DNA from: an uncultured Myxococcales bacterium
Lineage (GTDB): Bacteria; Myxococcota; UBA4151
Direction: 5' to 3'
DNA: 15,588 nucleotides
Assembly (NCBI GenBank): GCA_964013405.1
Contig: CAXGWI010000084.1
Location: 1-15,588, forward strand
Under the pieces are notes generated by a model. The model saw only the letters and a program-made list of their open reading frames with translations. It did no database searches and was not told where the DNA came from. Made by a program: the position numbers and the translations under genes. Positions 6,567 to 14,500 of this stretch are shown in pieces. Each line of letters opens with the position of its first letter. The stretch's first letter is position 1.

Positions 6567-7382
6567 ATGAAGTCCAGTTCCGGCTTGATCTGCCTCTGCT
6601 TCGCTGCCCTCATCGCCTGTGATGGGCCGGCCATTCCTGGCCTGATGTTTGATCAAGAGGCCGACGCCGGTGACGGCATAGCGCCCGACTCGGAAGCCCC
6701 GGCCGATGCCGGTCCAGAGTCGGATGACCCCCTCAATCCCGGTGGCATTCCGCTCGATTGCGCAGAACTGACCCGCTGTATGGCCACCTGCAGTGGTAGC
6801 CGATGTGGCCCCAAGTGCCTGCAAAGGGCCGATGACCGAACCCAGGAGATCTACAGTCGGATCTCGGTCTGCGCGGCAAATAACGATTGTCGCGACCCGG
6901 ATTGTATTCAGGAGCACTGCACCGAGGAGTGGCTTGACTGCCAAGAGAACATCCACCCCGACGAACGACCGAACTGCTCGACGCTGCGCAACTGCCTGCG
7001 AGGCTGTGGAGACGAGTTGGACTGCCAGAGCGAATGCCTCAGCCTTGCCCACCAGAGTATCCGGCAGACGATCGCCGAGATCAATGCATGCAGCGAGGCG
7101 GCGGCATGTATCGATGAAGCCTGCCGACGGGCCCAGTGTGAAGACGAGTTGAGTCGCTGCTACTCGGGCTCGGAAGCGAGTCGCATGACCTGCGCTGAGT
7201 TGATCATCTGCCTCGAAGAATGCGGAGGATCAGGGCCCTGCCAAGAGGACTGCAGAGGCCAAGCTCGAGCCCTCGCTCGAACCAACCTCGAAGCCCTCGA
7301 TAACTGTCGAATTGCCTGCGGCCCAGACCCCCTCGCCTGTCGGGCGCTTTGCCCCATCGAGTTCGCCCGCTGCGACCCCTAG
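6567..7382 (+). CDS. Putative lipoprotein with three 10-cysteine repeat modules (271 aa)
   Basis: Start re-called to ATG 6567. MKSSSGLICLCFAALIA-C fits a signal peptidase II lipobox (LIAC). An acidic D/A/P/G linker (DAG motifs) is followed by 30 Cys in three modules starting at 6759, 6975 and 7191. Confidence 0.8.
   Translation: MKSSSGLICLCFAALIACDGPAIPGLMFDQEADAGDGIAPDSEAPADAGPESDDPLNPGGIPLDCAELTRCMATCSGSRCGPKCLQRADDRTQEIYSRISVCAANNDCRDPDCIQEHCTEEWLDCQENIHPDERPNCSTLRNCLRGCGDELDCQSECLSLAHQSIRQTIAEINACSEAAACIDEACRRAQCEDELSRCYSGSEASRMTCAELIICLEECGGSGPCQEDCRGQARALARTNLEALDNCRIACGPDPLACRALCPIEFARCDP
6759..7373 (+). repeat. Three protein-level tandem repeats, period 216 nt (72 aa)
   Basis: Each unit is C-x5-C-x3-C-x4/5-C-x3-C-x17-C-x3/5-C-x4/6-C-x3/4-C-x6-C. 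Nucleotide identity between units is low. Confidence 0.9.
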
Positions 7383-9142
7383 CGGTCGTTCCGTAGCCTT
7401 TGGGGCTGACGGCGACGGCGACGGCGCAACACCATGAATCCGGCGAGGAACGCCAGGAGACCGGCCGTTTCGAGGGGCGCACTCGCACCGCAGCCACAGC
7501 CCGCACCGCCTGCAGAAACAGGCCAGAGCAATTGGGTGGGTTCGAAGGTTTTGAAGGCTTCCACGCAGGTGAGACTGGCCCGGTTATTCGGCTCGCTCAG
7601 AACCGCAACTTGGTGATCATCACAGGCACAAGTGGCCGCCCCGCCGATGATCTTGCACGTGCCGGCGCCGCAGTCGATCGCCTGACAGGGATTGCCCGGC
7701 GTATCGATGTCTGGAGCCATGCTCGCAAGCATGTCAAAGTTCTCGTTGGCACAATAAACCGTGGCACGGGGGTTATTCCGGCCCACGCCCTGGGGCCCCG
7801 AGACCACTCGGGCCACCGTCCCCTCGGGACAAACACAGCCTTCACCGCCTTCGCGCGTGATGCCGCAACGGGCCCCCTCACCGCAGTAGAAACGCCCGCA
7901 GGCCACCCGGAAGTTGTTGTCACCACAGACCTCGATCGGCTCCCGGTCCGACAGATCCAACTGGCGAGGGACATCCCCACCGTCGAGACTCACAAAGACC
8001 GGATCGCTCAGCATCTCCCAGCCACTGACGCGGGAGTAAAGACGACTCATGTAGCCGTAGCGCTCGAAGAGCGTGCGAAGATATGCAGCCGTTTCCTCGG
8101 CATCTTCGATACGACCCATCGGGGGGACGTTCGCGAGGGGCCCCTGGCCCGTTGGCCCCGCGAACTGAGTGATGAATCCCCGCCCACCGGCCTTGTCCAA
8201 CTCCCAGCTGACCAAACCAAAGTAGTTATGGCTCCCATCGATCGGGTTAAAATTGACCATATTGACGTCGATTTCGACATTCGACCAATCCTCCCCTGCC
8301 TGGTAGCGGTTGTCGCCCATGATGAAGACCTTGACCCCCATTTCGGGTTCGGCTGCCACCCCGGTGAGCACCAGCGGGATGGAGGGGGTATCGCCGGGAC
8401 ACGTCATCTTGATCGGTTGGATATCCGACACATCGGCGCCAGGCTCCAACTTCATCGCCAGGAACTGATACTCGCGGGCGACGTAATCGGCGACCAAGGG
8501 AACCATCTCCTGGGTGATGGCGTATTCATTTTCCTCAAGCCAATCGACCAGTTCCTGAGCATCATCGCCGCTGACCAAAATCGGAGCGAACGGCCCGACA
8601 GAGGGCAGCTCGGTGACTTGAACCCCACCAGCATCATTCGACTCTGGAGCAGCCACCGTTGCGTCCGCAAACATGACCCCTCCGCGACCGCCGCGATCAG
8701 AGCAGGTTGTCGGCGGGGGAATAATGACCGGGTTGGTCATCAGATCGAGGGCGCGGACCACGCTTGGAGGTACCACCTCCAGCGCTTGGCAAGTCAAGCC
8801 CTCGGGCAGGACGCCGCCAGAGCACGGGGATTCCTCTTCGCCCACCTGACAGCGAGTAGGATGACCGGTTTCGTTGTCCCGATGTGCTTCGCCATCAGCC
8901 GTGGCACAGACACCCCAGAGTGCGGGGACAGGGATGACCCAACTGAAGTCCTCTGCCCGGCCCTGATACTGAATCTCGATGACGGCGCTCGTCGTGTTGT
9001 CACCGTTCACCTCGAAGAGAATCCGTTCGGCCGTTTGATCCACAGGCGTGTTGCCGCAAAAAAGGCCGCCACAAGCGTCGGCCCGATCCGCGGCGACCCA
9101 CGTGCCCGCGGCGATCAAAAGAATAAAGAAACGCTGCATCAT
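7379..9142 (-). CDS. DUF2330 family exported protein with two EGF-like modules and MYXO-CTERM-type sorting signal (587 aa)
   Basis: Signal peptide ending ADA, then CGGLFC...VDQTAERILF...IQYQG...FSWVIPVP, later LVDWLEENEY...YVA...FLAMKL...QPI...IPLVLTGVAA, all characteristic of DUF2330. Two 6-Cys EGF-like patterns at about 7565-7900. C-terminal GGAGCGC + hydrophobic helix + RRRRRR. RBS GAGGGG at 9151-9146. Confidence 0.88.
   Translation of the reverse strand: MMQRFFILLIAAGTWVAADRADACGGLFCGNTPVDQTAERILFEVNGDNTTSAVIEIQYQGRAEDFSWVIPVPALWGVCATADGEAHRDNETGHPTRCQVGEEESPCSGGVLPEGLTCQALEVVPPSVVRALDLMTNPVIIPPPTTCSDRGGRGGVMFADATVAAPESNDAGGVQVTELPSVGPFAPILVSGDDAQELVDWLEENEYAITQEMVPLVADYVAREYQFLAMKLEPGADVSDIQPIKMTCPGDTPSIPLVLTGVAAEPEMGVKVFIMGDNRYQAGEDWSNVEIDVNMVNFNPIDGSHNYFGLVSWELDKAGGRGFITQFAGPTGQGPLANVPPMGRIEDAEETAAYLRTLFERYGYMSRLYSRVSGWEMLSDPVFVSLDGGDVPRQLDLSDREPIEVCGDNNFRVACGRFYCGEGARCGITREGGEGCVCPEGTVARVVSGPQGVGRNNPRATVYCANENFDMLASMAPDIDTPGNPCQAIDCGAGTCKIIGGAATCACDDHQVAVLSEPNNRASLTCVEAFKTFEPTQLLWPVSAGGAGCGCGASAPLETAGLLAFLAGFMVLRRRRRRQPQRLRNDR
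7409..7510 (-). other. MYXO-CTERM-type C-terminal protein sorting signal
   Basis: GGAGCGCGASAPLETAGLLAFLAGFMVLRRRRRR is the tripartite GCGC motif / TM helix / Arg cluster. The Arg run is encoded by (CGCCGT)x3. Confidence 0.85.
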
Positions 9143-9152
9143 GATCCCCTCA

Positions 9153-9186
9153 CGTCTCGCACCTTACCCGGTCCCGGTGCGAGGCG
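9153..9186. promoter_or_regulatory. Inverted repeat/hairpin in the pbpC-DUF2330 spacer
   Basis: CTCGCACC (9156-9163) and GGTGCGAG (9176-9183) form a perfect 8-bp stem with a 12-nt loop, extendable by 2 bp past one mismatch. There is no U-tract. Confidence 0.55.
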
Positions 9187-9209
9187 CCAGACGGCTTCGG
9201 TCGAAAGGC

Positions 9210-11519
9210 TTACTGAAAGCTGCGAACCGTCAACTTCAAGCGTCGTTTTTGACCGGCCGCATTTTGCAGCAACAGTCGATGCTCGCCCCGTTTAGGCTGC
9301 CACCAGATCGGCTGGTCCGCTCGTACTGTGCCCAGAAACACACCGTCGACAAACCAACTCACCGGGCGACCATCGGGTGCGTCGGCAAGCAGCGGAATTT
9401 CTTGGACCTCCAGGGGGACCCCCGGGATCAACAAGATCGGCTCCGCGGTGGGCGAAAGAATCCGCAGGCCGGGTGCGTCCGCCCCCCCCTGACATTGGGC
9501 TGCGAGCGCGGGGACTTCGGGGAGCGAACTGAAGCGATCGTTGAGGTAGCGCCGCAAACTTGCGGGCCAACGGAGCAGGGATTTTTTGACCCACCGGCGT
9601 CCCGCACGACAACTGGCGTTCAAGGCTTCCCCCGTCTCTTCGTCCACCTCCACATGGACGTGATAAGGACAAGTTCGGGTCGGGACCGCCTGTGTATAGG
9701 CCCATACCTTCTTCCGCTGGAGGCAGGCCGGTCCAGGCACATGGCCCGAATAGTCACAAACTTCGATCTGACTCAGATCGGTCGGCGGAGGCTGCTTGTC
9801 TTTGATGACGGGGCCCGATTCGAGGGCTTCGATCAGATCAAAGAACACCGGTGAAGCGGCCGTGCTGCCCACCAAATGGCGGCTGCCCCTATTGTCCAGA
9901 TTACCGAGCCACACCGTGACGACGAAACGCCGACTCCATCCCACGGTCCACGCGTCGCGGTAACCATAACTCGTCCCAGTCTTCCAACGGACAGTGGGTC
10001 GAACACGTTCGAAGGATGACAACTGGCCGCTGTCCGGCCGGTCATAGCGAGCAAGACTTTGGGCTGCGAGCCAAACCGGCCCCTGTGCGAGGACCCTGTG
10101 CTCCGGGGGCTGCTCTTCTCGCGGCCACCAGGATAAAGGGCGATAAGTACCGCCAGCTGCGAGCATGGCGTAGAGGCCCGTGACCTCGAGGGGGCTGAGT
10201 TCCACTGCACCGACAGCGGCACTCAAACCATGACCATCCGGATGTCGGTGACGAGCTAAGGCACCCGCACTCTCCAATAGCCCGAGGAAGCCCTCGACAC
10301 CGATCTCAGAGAGAAGATCGATAAAGGGCAAGTTTCGACTCTGCGCCAAGGCTTCAGCGGCCGATACCAGGCCATTAAAGACACCATCGTAGTTGCCTGG
10401 ACGATAGCCGCCGTAATCCCGGGGCAGATCGAGCATTAACATCTCGGGCAGTAGTTTGCCGGCTTGAATGCCCTGGGCATAAAGCAGGGGTTTGAGCGTC
10501 GATCCGGCGGACCGGGGCTCATCGTAGGCAACGATCTGGCCGCCATGCTGCTCGTCCCAGAAATTGAGATTGCCGACGAGGGCAAGGATTTCCCCTTTCG
10601 CTCGATCGGCGACGACGACGGCACCGTTATGAATCCCCTGGTTGACCAAGATCTCCTGGCGCCGTTCCAGATGGGCCCGGGCCGTTCTTTGGACGGCCGC
10701 ATCGAGCGTGGTCATCAGGCGTTCCTGGCCCGGGCGTCTGGCCTGTATCCAGCGCACCGTGTTCGGCAATTCACTAGGCAGGGGGCGCAGCCGGGTAGGA
10801 ACCGGCAATGCTCGGGCTGTCTCGGTCGCCTCGCTCGTCCAGTGACCCAAACTCTGTAAGCGGCCGAGCACCCGATCCCGGGCCTCTCGCAGCCGCTCCG
10901 CAGTGGCCTGGCCCGGTCGCAAAGCCGATGGACGCTGGGGAATCGCGAGGAGGAGGGCGATTTCATCGGGCGCCAAAGCATCCGCACCGTGACCAAAGAG
11001 CCCTCGACTCGCCGCTTCGATCCCCTCGAGATTCCCGCCAAAGGGAAGAAAGCGGATATAGGCCTCCAGAATCTCGTCCTTTGTCAGCTGGCGCTCGATC
11101 TGATACGCACGAAAACTCTCGATGATTTTAGAACCGATTCGCCGTGGTCTTGGCTCCACCATCCGCACCAATTGCATGGTGATCGTGCTCCCGCCACTGA
11201 CCACTTTCCCGGCCGTGATGTTGCTTAGGGATGCCCGCAGGACTGCGATTGGATCCACCCCGAGGTGGTAGCGGAATCTTTTGTCCTCAAACCGAAGCAA
11301 GGCCTGCAGATAATTGGGGTCCACCTCATCCAGCGTTCGGCGGATTCGCCAGCGTTCATCCGGGGCCAGTAAAACGTGAGCGATGCTACCGTCTCGGTAG
11401 ACGAGCACTGGGGAGTCGCCAACACCAAGACGAGCCGGCAGGGGCAGGGCCCAGACGAGGATCTCGCTCATGCCCAGTGCAACGAGACACAGGATCAGTC
11501 CGAGACGTCGCCAGGTCAT
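9210..11519 (-). CDS. pbpC: Penicillin-binding protein 1C (transglycosylase + transpeptidase-like + C-terminal domain), about 769 aa
   Basis: N-terminal TM anchor. GT51 motifs EDKRFRYHLG, GGSTITMQLVR, KIIE, KDEILEAY. PBP motifs STLK (SxxK), SRN (SxN), KTGTSYG. PbpC-type C-terminus (WFVDG...W.P..GEHRL). Lies directly downstream of a2M. Start is ATG 11519 or TTG 11525. Confidence 0.95.
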   Translation of the reverse strand: MTWRRLGLILCLVALGMSEILVWALPLPARLGVGDSPVLVYRDGSIAHVLLAPDERWRIRRTLDEVDPNYLQALLRFEDKRFRYHLGVDPIAVLRASLSNITAGKVVSGGSTITMQLVRMVEPRPRRIGSKIIESFRAYQIERQLTKDEILEAYIRFLPFGGNLEGIEAASRGLFGHGADALAPDEIALLLAIPQRPSALRPGQATAERLREARDRVLGRLQSLGHWTSEATETARALPVPTRLRPLPSELPNTVRWIQARRPGQERLMTTLDAAVQRTARAHLERRQEILVNQGIHNGAVVVADRAKGEILALVGNLNFWDEQHGGQIVAYDEPRSAGSTLKPLLYAQGIQAGKLLPEMLMLDLPRDYGGYRPGNYDGVFNGLVSAAEALAQSRNLPFIDLLSEIGVEGFLGLLESAGALARHRHPDGHGLSAAVGAVELSPLEVTGLYAMLAAGGTYRPLSWWPREEQPPEHRVLAQGPVWLAAQSLARYDRPDSGQLSSFERVRPTVRWKTGTSYGYRDAWTVGWSRRFVVTVWLGNLDNRGSRHLVGSTAASPVFFDLIEALESGPVIKDKQPPPTDLSQIEVCDYSGHVPGPACLQRKKVWAYTQAVPTRTCPYHVHVEVDEETGEALNASCRAGRRWVKKSLLRWPASLRRYLNDRFSSLPEVPALAAQCQGGADAPGLRILSPTAEPILLIPGVPLEVQEIPLLADAPDGRPVSWFVDGVFLGTVRADQPIWWQPKRGEHRLLLQNAAGQKRRLKLTVRSFQ

Positions 11520-11544
11520 CGACAACAGCCCGTCGGTGAAACGG

Positions 11545-14500
11545 TCAGTCCGTTTGCTCCTGGCCCGGCGCGAGCACCGTTAGGTTACCGCCCTTGGCCC
11601 GGGCCCAGAGACGGGGGTCATACATCGCTTCCGCCTCGGTCGGTGGCATACGGAACTGACCGGAAGTGGTCGCCCGGAGGCTATAACCCGCTTTCACTGT
11701 CCTTCGGCGCCCCAGCGTCAGGAACATCTCCACCCGGTCGTCCCGGTTGTTGACGTGGTCTGGTCGCATCTCCAGACGCCGGTTGAGCCAATTACGCGGC
11801 TGCCCTGCAGCGCTTCCAAGCCGGGCCGTCTCCATCTCAAGGCCCGCAGGGAAACGATCGACGAGCGCAATGTTATTGATGGCCGCAGCACTACTGTTAC
11901 TTAAGGTCAACTCCACATCCACCACTTCACCCAACTTCAGGCGCTCCGTCGTCAGGTCGAGGATCCGACCGTCACTCCGACGCCGGTAGTTACGACTCAC
12001 AACCAGCCCATTGCCACCGTACTCGTAGACTGCATCCCGCGCGATGCCTTCGCTGGAAATCACCAGATACATTTTTCCTTCGGTCTTACCGCTGACTTTC
12101 AGCTTCAAGCTACCGTACTCGCTGGCCCGGTATAAAGACCAAGCAGGCAGCCCCTTGTCCCCCTTGTTGTCCAAAGGCTTCACCTTGCTCCCGGCCGCGA
12201 ACAACGTCATGGATTTCGGCCGCTGGGCGGAGGGCTGCAGACGACGCCCGAGCCCGGCGACGGCCCACGCTAACTCCTGCGTGCTGAAATAGCGCGACCG
12301 ATGGGCTGACAAGGTACGGGCCACGTGGTCGGCCACCGCGTCTCCGCTACCATGAATGCCGAAGAGTTGGGCGTGGGTGTCGAGGATGACGCCCCACCGC
12401 CTTAGATCGGAGTAGAAGGTCCAATCATTGCTACGCTCTTGGGAGATCGCCTCGATCTCAGGGTTCCGGAGCTGCTTCTCATAGCTTCGGTCACCGGCGA
12501 GGTAGAGACCGGCCTGCAGGAGATACCGAGTCTCGGCATCCCAACCGTGAGGACGACGAGCGAAACGAGAGATTTCAAGGGCAGTCAGGGCTCGCTTCAT
12601 GGCCGCCTTGTTGCCTCTGCCGCCCAGGGCGAGCACGTAGCTCGCGTAGGCTGCCTGCCCCCAATGCCAATAGTGCCGGCCCTTTTGAGCGTCGCTGTTT
12701 TGGGCCAACCAATCCAAGGCCTGATCGAGCCGATAGGCATCGACGGGATAGCCAGCTTTCTTGGCATCCAGAAGGACGTGTGTCGCATAGGCGGTTCCCC
12801 AGACCACCGGTTGGTTACCACCGGGCCAGTAAGCAAAACCGCCGTGGCCGGTCTGCATGGAGAACAGGCGATCGATACCGGATTGCACCATGGCCTCGAG
12901 ATCGTGTTTCGCCGCGCTCTCCGGATCGACGGCCCTCAGCAAACTACTGACAAAGAGCAAGGGGCGAGTCGAAGAGCTCGTCTGCTCGATACACCCGTAG
13001 GGATAGCGAATGAGATAGCGTAGGTGCTCGAAGCTTGACGCGTAGGGCGTATTGCTCACCATGAAGCGACTGCGCTCTGTCGTGGGAAGCCAGCCCTCCA
13101 AGTGGGGCTTCAGATCTGTCTCCCCCCCCTCCAATTCCACCACCACGCTGCGCCGGCTCCGGGGTGCTGCTGGGAGGAAGGGGAATTGAGCTTTCTCCTC
13201 ACTCACCAAGGCCCCGGCCTTCGCTGTCACGGTCACCTGCCCCGCCCCAACCGCAGCCAAGCCCCGCAATTGGAACTCCAGGGTCGCCGAGCCTTTGTCC
13301 TCCAACGAGACTTGCTTTTGGCGCTCCCCGATCACTTCCAGCACCTCGGTGCTGCCGCCGATGAAGGGCTCCAACCCAGCCTCGGCCAGATCCGTGGCTT
13401 CAAGACGCACATCGATGTTCTGCTTGCTGCCAGACAGATTGCTCACAAAGACGGGGACTCGGAGGCGGTCTCCCTGGCTCAAGAAACGAGGCAGGGTCGC
13501 TTGAACGACCAAGGGGTCGGCCACCGTGACCTTGGCTTCGGCATGGCCCACCGTCGACTCCCCGGCCGCCATCACCATCACCCGCAGCTCTCCCCGGTAA
13601 GGAGGCAGTTCAAAGGGCAAGGTTAAGTTGCCATCTTCCGGCACCGCCACAGGACCACTCCACAGGGCCACTGGCTTGACCGGCTGCACCCGCCCGCCAG
13701 GCCGGGCGCCGTCACCACCGCCATCCTGATCGCCGTCCTGAGCCGCTGGGATGGAGATGTTCCAGCCCACGGTCTCAAAGGTCTGCATTTGGAGGGCCCG
13801 GCGTGGAAACAAGTGGGGCAGTGGGTTCGGGGTCTTAAAGCGCGTCAGTTGAAGGATGCCCTCATCGACCACCGCAACGGTGACGAAACGCTTCGCCACT
13901 CGACGGCCCATGGAGAGCTTCACCTCCAGCTTACTCTGACTTCGAACCGACTCCGGTACCGACACCGAAACCGTCTCCAGGTACTCCAGGGGCTTCACGG
14001 AGACCGAGCCAACCCCATAGGCCCGGGCAGGGAGAAAGGCCCCTGCCGTCTCGTCGGGGCTCCTAATCAGGAAGGCACTGACGTAGATATTGGGCACAAA
14101 CGAAGGCACCTTGAACGACCAGCGGAAGGCCCCTGCCTCGGCATCAATCCACTCGCTGTGGACCAGTTGGTCCGTCTCAAGGGTCATGAGCAGGCGCCCC
14201 TTCATGGGCAGGTTCAATACGGCTTCAGCAGCCTTACCCACCTCGACCGCCTTTGGTAGGTTGATCGGCAAGGCCAATGCTTCCTGGGGTTTCGGAGTTT
14301 GCGACTGATTGCTTCGCCCTGACCACCACCACCGGTAACGGCCCTTGCCGGCCAGCGTCAGATCGGTACGTGCCTCGCCGGACTGGGCGCGAACATAGAA
14401 CTGCCCCCCATCCTGCCCGGCCTGCACCGTCACCTGAAAACGGCCATTTTTCACGCTCACCGTCTGCTTTTGCTCGGAGATTTCCTTGCGGTAATGACGG

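Noticed and set aside
6438..7052. 204-aa minus-strand ORF upstream of icmF
   Set aside because: It is antisense to the lipoprotein, whose lipobox and strict Cys periodicity show that it is the real gene.
6759..7373. Multiheme cytochrome, ferredoxin or RiPP precursor
   Set aside because: There is no CxxCH or CxxCxxCxxxC motif, no maturation enzymes nearby, and the protein carries a lipoprotein signal.
9153..9186. Rho-independent terminator after pbpC
   Set aside because: A stem is present but there is no U-tract on either strand and the loop is long. It is kept only as an unexplained hairpin.
7400..9295. 631-aa plus-strand ORF
   Set aside because: It is the antisense shadow of the DUF2330 gene, with no recognisable domain.
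9048..9854. 268-aa plus-strand ORF
   Set aside because: It is antisense to the pbpC 3' end and the DUF2330 5' end, with no motifs.
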